Position numbers and translations under genes: made by a program
NCBI GenBank assembly: GCA_046313635.1
Contig: JBKBYA010000001.1
Coordinates: forward strand, 256,001 to 320,000
Reading direction: 5' to 3'
Origin: Pyrinomonadaceae bacterium
Lineage (GTDB): Bacteria; Acidobacteriota; Blastocatellia; Pyrinomonadales; Pyrinomonadaceae
DNA: 64,000 nt
Notes under the pieces: model-generated
Database searches by the model: none
Told to the model about the DNA's origin: nothing
What the model saw: only the letters and a program-made list of their open reading frames with translations
In this document: in pieces, positions 19,392 through 29,054 of the stretch
Layout of the letters: each line of letters begins with the position of its first letter
Numbering within the stretch: the stretch's first letter is position 1

Positions 19392-19660
19392 ACCGGGAAT
19401 AAACAGCACCCAAGCGCCGCACCCGCCCGGCTAACCGCCAGAAAATCAGCCACTTACGCCCAAGCCGCCAAGATCCGCGAATTCCACACCGCCGCACACC
19501 GCAAACCCGGGCTAAACTCTAGCTATGCGTCTGAAATTCCCAACCGCAAACCAAAAGTGGTGGCAAAAGCCGCTCGTAAACCTCGAAGGCCACCCACTCC
19601 CCGCCGAGCTTGCGGTGTTCTAAGTTACAGAGCGCCTGTTCTCCGCTCTCTAAATTGTGT

Positions 19661-20770
19661 CTAATCGTCCCTCTTAGCCCAAATGTCCCACTCACCGACT
19701 GGCTCACCCACATTTGTGAAATGCTCAGCCTGACGGCGTCCTTTCGACGGCTCGCCCGCCGATCTAATAGTTTGAATTCTCCATCCGGAATCCGCGAGGG
19801 AAGTTTTGAGCAATGAAATTGGGTCAACCTTGCGGTCATTTATCCCGCCGAAACGAATCACCAACCGTGCATCGTCCGAGCATATAGATGCAACATTCTT
19901 CCAAACTAGCTTTAGGTCGCTCGTAAAGTCGTTGGGAGAGAAATGAGTTAGTTGGTGATTGGTTGAATAGTCGACGGTATCAGTACCGCCGACAAACCAG
20001 TTTCGTAACCATTGATCAGCAATATACGTTCGCATTCCGTAGTAGGGCGGTGACGTTATGATCCACTTTATTTGTTCGCCCGTGAGGAGCTTGTTGTAAG
20101 TGTCGGATTTTCTGCTGTCCGCACGGATTACCTTGCCGATACAACTTGATCCTCCGTCGTTGAAGTATCGTTTAGCTCGCTCCCGGATTATTTCAAGCAC
20201 ATCAACGTACGGGGGCCTTAGCGAATGCAGCCTCCAATAGTTAACGGCGTAATTCGGTTTAGGGGCGTAAGTACGGGGCGATTGATTCGAGAAATAAGAA
20301 TTCTTCGTCTTCGGCCGTGGTCCGTGGAGAGCTCCCAATAGTAACGCACGCAAAGCTTTTCGTGAGTCTGATCGACAGTCATGAATCAATGCTTCTCGGA
20401 GTTTACAGAGTGCAGTTAGAACCTTTGGGTGATATGCCCATCGCCAAAATTCACCGGTAGGGACGTTCGAGGCAGCAGGACCGGATGACAGAATATGCTC
20501 TGCTGTTGCAATTATCCGCTGAGAGCTGGTATTAGCGAGTTTCGCTTGAGTTAGTGCAACGGCGACCCGGCTGCTGTCGATCCCGATTGAAGGCATGTTT
20601 AACGCCCGGCTAGCGTAGTTTGTGGTCCCCCGACCGCAAAATGGATCTATTACCCATTCACCAGTCCGCCCAAAACGCTGCAAAATAGAGAGCGGAAATG
20701 ACAACGGGAACATTGTGAAGTATGGACAAATCGCGTTCAGAGAGCTATCGATGCTACGTCCACTTTGCAT
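19661..20770 (-). CDS. DNA amino-methyltransferase (N4-C/N6-A), motif I before motif IV (alpha-type order)
   Basis: IDPFCGRGTT (SAM binding) and ITSPPYY (catalytic). ATG 20770 is 2 nt after the herA stop, with AGGA upstream. Confidence 0.88.
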   Translation of the reverse strand: MQSGRSIDSSLNAICPYFTMFPLSFPLSILQRFGRTGEWVIDPFCGRGTTNYASRALNMPSIGIDSSRVAVALTQAKLANTSSQRIIATAEHILSSGPAASNVPTGEFWRWAYHPKVLTALCKLREALIHDCRSDSRKALRALLLGALHGPRPKTKNSYFSNQSPRTYAPKPNYAVNYWRLHSLRPPYVDVLEIIRERAKRYFNDGGSSCIGKVIRADSRKSDTYNKLLTGEQIKWIITSPPYYGMRTYIADQWLRNWFVGGTDTVDYSTNHQLTHFSPNDFTSDLKLVWKNVASICSDDARLVIRFGGINDRKVDPISLLKTSLADSGWRIQTIRSAGEPSKGRRQAEHFTNVGEPVGEWDIWAKRDD

Positions 20771-20772
20771 GG

Positions 20773-22926
20773 TTAAGATTTCCTGCCAGCTTTGACATAC
20801 CAGACCTTTCGTCCTCCATCTTTTACAACTGGATACGAATGCCATCCCTCGTTCTGCCGGCCAAAAATGGCATTCATCGCCTTTTGGACCAGGTTGAATG
20901 CAAAGTTACCGCGGTCATCAAGTGATTTGGGAAGCTTCTCCTCGAAAAAAGCTTTGAGACTGCCCCATGCTACGCCATCGTCTTTTATCCGATTAATAAG
21001 GTTCGTGTCGGCTCTGAGCGCCTCGATACCTCTGCTCTCTAATGTTTCCATCACGTCAGCGGACTCCTCTCCGTCTGATTTACTAACCGGCGGTAAGTCC
21101 GCAATCGCAACAGCCGGCGAATCGCCATTTGCGCGCGCGGTTCCGACATTTACTACTTCGACGACGTTGTCCTCAATCTCAGACTGAATCTTCTTTCTTA
21201 GTGAGGACGCGTAAGTCGTAATTTCTGCTTTGGCATACATTGGATCTTGTAACTCGTACATTTTTTCGAATGAAAGAACTCTTGTGGAAACTGGATAGGG
21301 CTTACCGCTAACCGAACTCCAGAAGACTCCTTGGCCTGGAATCGGTTCATTGAGTAATGAACTCAATAAATCCTCGCTGAAGTGGGCGTTAGCGCGTTTA
21401 ACATTCGCCAAGTCACCAGCGGACAATAAATGAAAAATGAACCAGTTGTCTCCTTGACTAAGAATCTCCATTGGAATGCTCCCTGGTTGCTGAGTCACGA
21501 GCACCGCTCCGAGATCATATTTTCGTCCTTCTTTCACCCACGAGATATAGGGCTCGGCAGAGGTTGCGTTTTCGTTTAGAACAGATTGCGCTTCCTCCAC
21601 CACAGCTATGGTGGGAATTGTTTTTGGTTCAGCAGCAGTGAATTCTTCTTGGTTCTTGTCGAAAATGCGACGAAGAATAAGTCCTGAAAGTATCAGCGAC
21701 TGGCCTCCGCGCATTTGAGACACGTCAACGATACATAGCTTACCTTGAGAGAGCGCCTCTATAAGCAAATCCATAAGCTGGCTGCTTTTGTCGTGCAACA
21801 TGCGAACTATTTGTGTCATGTTTGCGCGAGCCGCCAACGCCTCAACTTGCTGACCTTCCGCCAATTGCAGAAGATCTTGGATTTCCTCGAGCGGTGCGTT
21901 GTTTCCTTCGGCGTCAATAATGTTTACAAGTTGTTGCCACCGGGCTGCATCGAGGCCTTTTAGCTTTCTTATGTTTTGTTGATCTTGTCTTTCGGGGGGA
22001 AGTGCTATGGCGATTACATCACCGGGACGGAGACGGCGAATATCCAACTTGATGCCGCCCGCGACAAATGACTGGTAAAAGCTGCTCGGTCCCTGACGGG
22101 AGGTAAATACCACCAACTTGTCAGTTAAATGAGGCACGTCACAAAGCCCGGGCCGTCCCTTATCGTCAGGCCAGAAGTACTCGCCGTCCGGATCAAAAAT
22201 GATTGTACCGACTGGGACGTTGCCGCTCCGTTTCCGTACTGTAGGTGTCTCTTCATATAACTTACTGAAAAGCAGTTTGTTGAGATTTGATTTACCGAAA
22301 CCAGCTCGTGCCAGGATAAAGGAGCGGCGAGAAACAAGGCTGGAAATAGGAAATTTAACCAGAACCTCGGGCGACTTCACCTGCATCCAACCCGCCCTGT
22401 CAATTTTAGTGCTCTGTCCAGAGTAGATGAACTCACCTAGTGCGAAATGTCCGAGCGCAGCACCCGCCTCGTCGTTATGCCCAGCGATTTCCTTAAGCAC
22501 ATCAGCTGATGGAAACGCCACCTTACTTCCAACGTGAGGCAAACGTCGGTGTGAAGCAACGAAAATCAGTCGATCGTCGGCACTCTTTCGGAGTACTCCG
22601 AGAACGCGAATATTTACTCGATACTTCAGGTATTGTTCTCGTAGGTCTTCAGGTATTTCTCGGTCCTCGCGCAAGGCGCGAATGTTGAATTCTTCTCCAG
22701 TTCCTGATGACAGCTTGCCTTCAGAAGAAAATGACGTTATCCGCCCCAGAACCGCCTCGTCAGGGGTCTCTAGTTGAATAAGCAGGAACTGACCGTGCAT
22801 CGGGAGGTTTTGAAATTCATTTCGATATGGCAGGACCAGATCAGCATGAAATTCAAGACCGCCATGCTGAAAACCTCTGAAAACACCGACAATCTGATCG
22901 GCAGGAAAAAGTTCTAATGCGGGCAT
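20773..22926 (-). CDS. herA: HerA/FtsK-family ATPase (DUF87)
   Basis: N-terminal HAS-barrel-like region, Walker A ARAGFGKS, FDPDGEY, Walker B VVEEAQ, KEGRKY arginine finger, VTQQP. Confidence 0.88.
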   Translation of the reverse strand: MPALELFPADQIVGVFRGFQHGGLEFHADLVLPYRNEFQNLPMHGQFLLIQLETPDEAVLGRITSFSSEGKLSSGTGEEFNIRALREDREIPEDLREQYLKYRVNIRVLGVLRKSADDRLIFVASHRRLPHVGSKVAFPSADVLKEIAGHNDEAGAALGHFALGEFIYSGQSTKIDRAGWMQVKSPEVLVKFPISSLVSRRSFILARAGFGKSNLNKLLFSKLYEETPTVRKRSGNVPVGTIIFDPDGEYFWPDDKGRPGLCDVPHLTDKLVVFTSRQGPSSFYQSFVAGGIKLDIRRLRPGDVIAIALPPERQDQQNIRKLKGLDAARWQQLVNIIDAEGNNAPLEEIQDLLQLAEGQQVEALAARANMTQIVRMLHDKSSQLMDLLIEALSQGKLCIVDVSQMRGGQSLILSGLILRRIFDKNQEEFTAAEPKTIPTIAVVEEAQSVLNENATSAEPYISWVKEGRKYDLGAVLVTQQPGSIPMEILSQGDNWFIFHLLSAGDLANVKRANAHFSEDLLSSLLNEPIPGQGVFWSSVSGKPYPVSTRVLSFEKMYELQDPMYAKAEITTYASSLRKKIQSEIEDNVVEVVNVGTARANGDSPAVAIADLPPVSKSDGEESADVMETLESRGIEALRADTNLINRIKDDGVAWGSLKAFFEEKLPKSLDDRGNFAFNLVQKAMNAIFGRQNEGWHSYPVVKDGGRKVWYVKAGRKS

Positions 22927-22943
22927 ATTGAGACTCCTTATTC

Positions 22944-24089
22944 TTAACGGTAACGGCTATGCGCAGGATCGGCATCCTGCAGTTGAAAAGTATCAAGTTT
23001 GGGTGATTCGGTACCCAACGTTTTTCGTAAACCTACCAAGACCAAGTCCTGCATAATATCGAAGTCGAAATCTACAAGCGCTGCGTTCTCATGAGCTCGT
23101 TGTAGGCACTGAGGGTACAGGGCGACCGGAAAGCCGTTGATCGCGTCCGCCAACATAAACCCTATAATCGAAGCGGCATCGGCAGTCTGCGGCAAGAATA
23201 TATCGACAGGCCAGATGGGATCGCGAGGACTCGAACCGAACTTAACTAAAAACATCTTTCCCCCGACGAATTTGTTGATTTCACCGTCGTCAGTCTCCAT
23301 GTCACTTCCCCTAGCGTATTCGGACCAAACATATGCTTTGACCTCCACGTCCCTCGGAACCTCAACGTATGCAGGGTAGGGTGTTACTAGTACATCCTCT
23401 AGCGCCATCGCAAGTCGGTACCGCGTTAACACTTGGCTGTGTTTTGCGACCCCCGTTAGATAGAGTCGGCGCCTACTTTTAGACCAATGATTTTGTATTC
23501 CTTCGTGAATACCGTCGAGATATTTCTTAAATAGATCTCGCGCGAAAACTTTGCTCCGAAGTAAGCCATCAAAAACAATCAAGGTGTCGGTTCCGAAGTC
23601 TTTTTTTTGAATAATCGAAAATAGGGTAGCCCACTCGACCAGCTCTCGATAGACTTGGACCCAGGTAGGACTGGTCGGAGTCGTGCCGTCGTTGCTGCGA
23701 ATCATGTGACTGAGTTGGGTCAGGTTATCGACCCCCAAAAACCTCATCATTTCTCCCAAAGGCGTCCTCGGGTCACCTGTATCCGCAAATTGCCGACTAC
23801 TTAGTTCTGCAACGCTAGTCGTAGGAGAGATGACCTCGAGGCTGTATTCGTTATTGCTCGAGTCGACTACCCGAACGATTTGAATCAAAAAGGGATCAAA
23901 TTGAATCTTGTTATTGCCGCCATCGGTTCCCACGAGCGAGATGGCCGTCGTGGATCGTGGCTGAATCCGTCTAATGTCATCCTTCAACGGACGAATTTCC
24001 TGTCGAAGCAGATCCAACACTGCCTTGTCAGCAGACATGCGGGCTTCTATTTCTTTTTTGAGTCGGCCTTGACTTTCCGGGTCTATCAT
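22944..24089 (-). CDS. nurA: NurA-family nuclease
   Basis: VGTDGG, IVFDGLL, GVAKHS and YPQCLQRAHENA motifs; lies 17 nt upstream of herA. Confidence 0.8.
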   Translation of the reverse strand: MIDPESQGRLKKEIEARMSADKAVLDLLRQEIRPLKDDIRRIQPRSTTAISLVGTDGGNNKIQFDPFLIQIVRVVDSSNNEYSLEVISPTTSVAELSSRQFADTGDPRTPLGEMMRFLGVDNLTQLSHMIRSNDGTTPTSPTWVQVYRELVEWATLFSIIQKKDFGTDTLIVFDGLLRSKVFARDLFKKYLDGIHEGIQNHWSKSRRRLYLTGVAKHSQVLTRYRLAMALEDVLVTPYPAYVEVPRDVEVKAYVWSEYARGSDMETDDGEINKFVGGKMFLVKFGSSPRDPIWPVDIFLPQTADAASIIGFMLADAINGFPVALYPQCLQRAHENAALVDFDFDIMQDLVLVGLRKTLGTESPKLDTFQLQDADPAHSRYR

Positions 24090-24327
24090 AAGCTCCAGTT
24101 ACCTGTTGTTCTGTGGTTTCGGTTCAATTGTTCATTTAGTTAACTCACGGTCATCCACGGCCTTCCTGAACTCACTCTTCCTCACCCGTTCGCTCTTTGC
24201 TTTCAGACTGACCGGTTTTGACTGACGGTTTTTGTGTTCATTATGTCGGTGATCATACGGCGTTTGCCGTCGTCGTCTTTTTTGACACCGGTGTTGGGAA
24301 TAATGACTCTCCGTGAGGCGAGATCTG

Positions 24328-24759
24328 TCATAGCTTGAGCTGTTTTGCGTTGGTGCAGACGTATTCGAGGATCGAGTATTCGATCGTGCCTTTTACGAGG
24401 GTGATTTGTTGGGCGTTGTCGACGGCGCCGCCGGTGAGGGTGGTTTCGTTGGGCTTTGAGAACAGCCGGTTGTCGGTGGCCATGATGTGCTTTGTGCAGC
24501 CGCCGACGTTTTTTGTGTACTCGATGCCGTCCTTTTTTTCTTGCTTTACCAGAAAGACGACGACGGTGCCGGCAAAGCGCTTCATTGTGAGCGAATCGAC
24601 AAAATACGCATCGCCGCCGTCGTCCTTTGCGAACGGGACCCATTTGGCCTTGGCGATCTCGCGGCGAAACATCTCGGTGCGACGCTCCTTGTCCATCCCC
24701 TGCGCGGCTGCTGCGGCAGACGCGGCCACCAAAACGAACACTGCGAATATGACTCTCAT
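24328..24759 (-). CDS. exported hypothetical protein
   Basis: Signal peptide MRVIFAVFVLVAASAAAAAQ; AYFVDSLTM and two Cys. Start codon uncertain. Confidence 0.7.
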   Translation of the reverse strand: MRVIFAVFVLVAASAAAAAQGMDKERRTEMFRREIAKAKWVPFAKDDGGDAYFVDSLTMKRFAGTVVVFLVKQEKKDGIEYTKNVGGCTKHIMATDNRLFSKPNETTLTGGAVDNAQQITLVKGTIEYSILEYVCTNAKQLKL

Positions 24760-24830
24760 AGTTCCTGTCTGAACGCGCCCGCGCAGCGGCGACGGGCGAG
24801 GGGTACCTTGATTTGAGACGCTCATCTTGA

Positions 24831-26099
24831 TCACCTGCCTTTCTTCATATCGGCCACGGCCTTTTTGAACGTGTCGCTCGAGCGAAACTTTGCGAACGAG
24901 CTGTCGGTCATCGGGTCGGGGAACTTTTCGCCGGGGAGCATGTTGGCTTTGTGTTTGTAGGCGAGGCCGAGCTGCTGGATGGCGGCCGCTTCGTCGCCGA
25001 GCTCGCCGTAGCCGCAGGCCATGTTGTAGTAAAAGAGCGGGTAGGTCGGCTCGACGGAGATGCCGTATTCGAGCACGGCCTGCGAACGCTTGATGTCGCC
25101 GGTGATGCCGTAGGCCATCGCGAGATTGTCGACGAGCACGATCCAGACGCTGCGATCCAGCGAGCGTTTTTGTTTCTCGAGATCGAGCGCCTTTTGGTAC
25201 GGCGGAATGGCACGTTTATAGTCGCCGGCCATGTAGTAGCGGCTCGCTTCGGCGACGAGCTTCATCACGTCGCCGGTGACGGGGCCTGAGAATTCGCGAG
25301 CCTGACCGCCGCCTAGCAGCTCGGCGGCTTTGCGCTGGTCGGCCTCGGCGAGGTCGTTCTTTTTGAGCTGACCGTAGAGAAGCGCTCGGGCCTGGTAGGC
25401 GCGGGCGTTGTCGGGGGCGAGCTCGATCGCTTTTGTGAGGTCTGCGACACCGCGTTCGGGTCGGCCGCTGAGAGCGTACGCTATGCCGCGGCTGATGTAG
25501 CCGTCGGCGAGGTATCGGTCGTTAACACCGCGCGGCATCAGCGAGATGTACTTGTCGAGATCGGCGATCGTCCTGTCGTACTGCCGCAGCTCGTAATACG
25601 CCTGCGCACGCGCAAAATAGGCCTCGACCTTCCCGGCCGGATCGAGTTCGATCGCCTTTGTCAGGTCGCCGATGGCCTCGGCGTGCCGGCCGAGGTCGGC
25701 CGTCAGCAGGTAGCCGCGGTTGGCGTAGAAGTCGGCATTCTTCGGCGCGATCTCGATCGCCTTGGTGTAATCGGCAAGCGCGGCCTCGGGCCGCTTGAGC
25801 GCACGCTGCGAGACGGCCCGCCCGTTGTAGCCGTCGGCGAGGTATTCGGGCTTGACGCCCGGGATCGAGATGTACATCGAAAAGGTCTCGACGGCCTCGA
25901 CATGCGCTCCGGATGCCTGCAGCACGCGGGCGGCCTCGTAGTAATTCTCCGGATTCTTCGGGTCGGAGCTGAGCGCCCTCATCGCGGCGTCGAGCCGGCA
26001 TTTGAGGTCGCGTTCGCCGCAGGGCGTCTGGGCGTAGGCGACGAGGCATGCGAGCATCAGCCACACGGGGGCGAGCAGGACGAGTGGAAGTTTGGTCAT
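24831..26099 (-). CDS. secreted tetratricopeptide repeat protein
   Basis: Signal peptide from ATG 26099; repeated A.AD.TKAIEL.P and YY.RG TPR units. Confidence 0.9.
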   Translation of the reverse strand: MTKLPLVLLAPVWLMLACLVAYAQTPCGERDLKCRLDAAMRALSSDPKNPENYYEAARVLQASGAHVEAVETFSMYISIPGVKPEYLADGYNGRAVSQRALKRPEAALADYTKAIEIAPKNADFYANRGYLLTADLGRHAEAIGDLTKAIELDPAGKVEAYFARAQAYYELRQYDRTIADLDKYISLMPRGVNDRYLADGYISRGIAYALSGRPERGVADLTKAIELAPDNARAYQARALLYGQLKKNDLAEADQRKAAELLGGGQAREFSGPVTGDVMKLVAEASRYYMAGDYKRAIPPYQKALDLEKQKRSLDRSVWIVLVDNLAMAYGITGDIKRSQAVLEYGISVEPTYPLFYYNMACGYGELGDEAAAIQQLGLAYKHKANMLPGEKFPDPMTDSSFAKFRSSDTFKKAVADMKKGR

Positions 26100-26191
26100 C
26101 GGAAAGTAAGTGCTCCTCTTATGGGTCAAGGACCTGGGCTCCGGCGGCGAACGGCGAACAGTATAGACGAGAGAGACGGGGGAAGGAAGTG

Positions 26192-26324
26192 TGAGGGATG
26201 AGGGATGAGGGGTGAGGGATGAGGGATGAGGCATGAGGGATGAGGGATGAGGGATGAGGGATGAGGCATGAGGGATGAGGGATGAGGCATGAGGGATGAG
26301 GGATGAGGGATGAGGGATGAGGGG
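26192..26324 (+). repeat. heptamer tandem array (TGAGGGA)n, about 19 copies
   Basis: Directly visible, with occasional TGAGGCA/TGAGGGG variants. Confidence 0.95.
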
Positions 26325-26366
26325 TTTGGAGGTTTATTGCTGGACGATACCGTCGCGAAGACGCGA

Positions 26367-26454
26367 CACCCCTCCTTTGAAAGGAGGGAGCCGGATTTTT
26401 ATTCACGTTCCCACTAAACCGTCGCAAAGACACTTCCTTTGAAAGGAGGGGAGC
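26367..26454. repeat. two REP-like hairpins CC(C/T)TCCTTTGAAAGGAGGG
   Basis: Copies at 26367-26390 and 26431-26454, each an imperfect palindrome. Confidence 0.7.
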
Positions 26455-26480
26455 TTTTTCGTGATCGGCTCACTGTTCTT

Positions 26481-28742
26481 TTATTTGCCGGGGCGGTAGC
26501 GGCGGATGGTTTGGCGGGCGATGTCTTGGGGCGTGAAGGCGACCTTTTTCATTTCGCCGCGGGCAAACATCTCGGCCTGGTCGTCGAAGTGCGGCGATGC
26601 GGGCAGGCGGCTTTGGCCGTATGCGAGCACCGAGTATGCGCGCGGGCCGCTGCGGCCGAATTCGACGGCGAGCACCCACGCGTCGCCGCTGTTGGCGACG
26701 AGACGGCCGTCCTTTGCGTCGCGTGTAAATCCGAGAATGCGAAAGCACCCGAGGTCGTTGCCGCATCCGCCGACGGGCGCGTCCACCTTGCCGCGGCGGA
26801 CGCGATGCACCTCGCCCCACGTGACGTCGATCGAGCCGTAGCGGCGCTTGACCTCGTCGACGGCCTGCCGGAGAGACTCGACCGCGCGTGCCGGGTCGGC
26901 GAGACCGCGCGGCGTAGCGAAGGGATCATTCTCATCCCAGACCTTTGCAAACCGGCGCTCGTCCGGGTACGCGCGGCGCTGCTGTGCGGGCACGTCCGTA
27001 CGGCGAAGCCCGGAGTAGGTCGCCCACCACTCTTCAAAGAGCGTCGAGCCGCGGCTCTCGGGCGCGGTCGTGTTGTCCCACGAGTCGAGCAGGCGGATGG
27101 CGTCGGCAAGCTCGCCTTCGGCGCCGGCGGCGCGGACTGCGGCGATCAGGTCGGGCTTGACGCGGTCGGCCAGCAGCGCGCGGTAGTCGTGCTTGAGGCG
27201 GACGACGTCTTCGAGCGAGAGGCGCGGGAGGGATGAGGGCGCGGCAGAGCCTCTTGCGAGCCGGAGTCCGAGCTGGGCGCGGAGCGAGAGCTCGGGGGCT
27301 TCGAAGTTGGGATACGCGTTTTTGAGGCTGACGCCGCGCTCGACGTTGGTAAAGTGCGGCGAATTGTTTTCGTTGTGCAGATAGCCGCCCTTCGGATTGA
27401 GAAGCTGCGGCAGCGAGTCGAATGGGACGTAACGCGTCCAGACGTCTCTCGCGCCTTTTGCCGGAACGGCGTCGAGGTCGTTCTTGCTCGGCGGGTGCGG
27501 CAGCAGCGGGAGCGACGCGTTCCAAATGTAAAAGATGTTGCCGTCGCGGTCGGCATAGGTGAAGTTTGAAGTGACGCGGGAGCGCATACGCATCGCGGAC
27601 TTCCATTCGCCGAGCGTGCGGGCACGCATCATCCGCAGAAACTGCTCGCCCGCGCGCACGTCGCCGTCGCCTGCGAATTTGACGATGTAGATCTTGTCCC
27701 TTGTGCGGTGAACGACGGGGCCGAGATCTGTCGTCCAAAACTCGCGCGTAACGGTCGTGAGCGATCCGTCCTTGCGCACCGCGACGCTGATGGGCACCTT
27801 TGTCATCGCGACCGAGCGGCCGTCAAAGAGGTAATGGTCGGCATTCGCCGGGTCGGCGTCGAGCTCGTAAAACTCGTCGAGGTCGGGCGAGTTGTTCGTC
27901 GTCGAAAATCCGAGATAGCGATTGAACCCGCCGACCACAGCGAACGCTCCGCCGATGCGGAAGTCGCCGTAAAAATCGACGACGCCCGGCACTGTCAGGT
28001 GAGCCTCGTAGTAGCCCGCCGTCCACGAGAGGTGCGGGTTGCGGAGCAGGATCGCGCGGCCCGATCTGGTGCGGCTCGGGGCAAAGGCCCAGGCGTTCGA
28101 GCCGTCGTCGGGCGGGGGCTCGCCTTCGTCATTCGGGCCGGTCTGCTGGCCGGCGTCGCGGTCGTTGGTGCGGCCGCCGGTGAGCCGCTCGACAAAGAGG
28201 CGCGCCTTGCGAGCCGGGAAAGGGACGATCTCGGTCGCCGCGACGTCCTCGCCGGTAAAGTCGGCCGGCATGAACTTTGGGAATTTGTCGCGGTTGAGCT
28301 CGACGTATCGATTGACGCCGGCGGCAAAGCCCTCGTAAACGTCGCGGGCCTGCTGCGACAAGAGACGGTAATTCTTGAGCGATCGAGAGCGCTGAAAAAG
28401 CGTGACTAGATCGGACTCGGCAAAGTCCGCTCCCTCGACCGACGCTCGCCGGCCGCTGGCCTCGAGCAGCCGCATCGGCGTGGCGTCACCGTAATCCTCG
28501 CACTGCAGCCACGCGAGCGCGTAGCCGGCGGCACGCAGATCCTCGGCCCGAATGTGCGGCACGCCGTAGGATGTGCGGATGATCTCGACCCGGCGCCAGA
28601 GCTCGCGGTCGCCTGCCTTTTTGGTTCCGGCGGCCGACTGGGCCCGGATCGTTGACTGAAAAGCGATGACGGCGCCGATCGCCGTAATGAGAGCCACGAG
28701 GCGGCGGGCCGTCGCGGTCGAAATTACTTGTCGCGTGAGCAT
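26481..28742 (-). CDS. penicillin acylase family Ntn-hydrolase (S45)
   Basis: YGVPHIRA, GSNAWA (Ser nucleophile), LLRNPHL and SPHFDDQ; signal peptide from ATG 28742. Confidence 0.92.
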   Translation of the reverse strand: MLTRQVISTATARRLVALITAIGAVIAFQSTIRAQSAAGTKKAGDRELWRRVEIIRTSYGVPHIRAEDLRAAGYALAWLQCEDYGDATPMRLLEASGRRASVEGADFAESDLVTLFQRSRSLKNYRLLSQQARDVYEGFAAGVNRYVELNRDKFPKFMPADFTGEDVAATEIVPFPARKARLFVERLTGGRTNDRDAGQQTGPNDEGEPPPDDGSNAWAFAPSRTRSGRAILLRNPHLSWTAGYYEAHLTVPGVVDFYGDFRIGGAFAVVGGFNRYLGFSTTNNSPDLDEFYELDADPANADHYLFDGRSVAMTKVPISVAVRKDGSLTTVTREFWTTDLGPVVHRTRDKIYIVKFAGDGDVRAGEQFLRMMRARTLGEWKSAMRMRSRVTSNFTYADRDGNIFYIWNASLPLLPHPPSKNDLDAVPAKGARDVWTRYVPFDSLPQLLNPKGGYLHNENNSPHFTNVERGVSLKNAYPNFEAPELSLRAQLGLRLARGSAAPSSLPRLSLEDVVRLKHDYRALLADRVKPDLIAAVRAAGAEGELADAIRLLDSWDNTTAPESRGSTLFEEWWATYSGLRRTDVPAQQRRAYPDERRFAKVWDENDPFATPRGLADPARAVESLRQAVDEVKRRYGSIDVTWGEVHRVRRGKVDAPVGGCGNDLGCFRILGFTRDAKDGRLVANSGDAWVLAVEFGRSGPRAYSVLAYGQSRLPASPHFDDQAEMFARGEMKKVAFTPQDIARQTIRRYRPGK

Positions 28743-28923
28743 CTTTTTTATGAGGCTGCAGAGGCGATAAGTATAAACAGATCGGACCGCGGTCGGGCAA
28801 ACGCATCCGGGCGGCCCACGGCCCGCGAAAAAACTTTTGCAACTTTTTGCGGGCGGCCTCGTGAGCGAATAAAGGACAACTGAGATCGCTCTGACCCTCC
28901 TTAGGGTGATCGAAGGCTCAACC

Positions 28924-28961
28924 AAAAGGCCGGAGTTACTGGGGACGCCGGCCTTTTTTTT
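28924..28961. terminator. bidirectional intrinsic terminator
   Basis: AAAAGGCCGG...CCGGCCTTTTTTTT. Confidence 0.75.
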
Positions 28962-29054
28962 CGCCGGTCCGGTAATACGGACGCGAAAAAGACCGGAGGC
29001 CGCTCGGGTTCGCCCGCCGCGGCCTCCGGCCTGTTTGGGTGTAAAAATTTTCGG

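Noticed and set aside
24130..24331. Short peptides upstream of nurA (MTDLASRRV..., ...RKSEFRKAVDDRELTK*) as a fourth island gene
   Set aside because: Too short, with no recognisable motif; they may be junction debris but cannot be supported.
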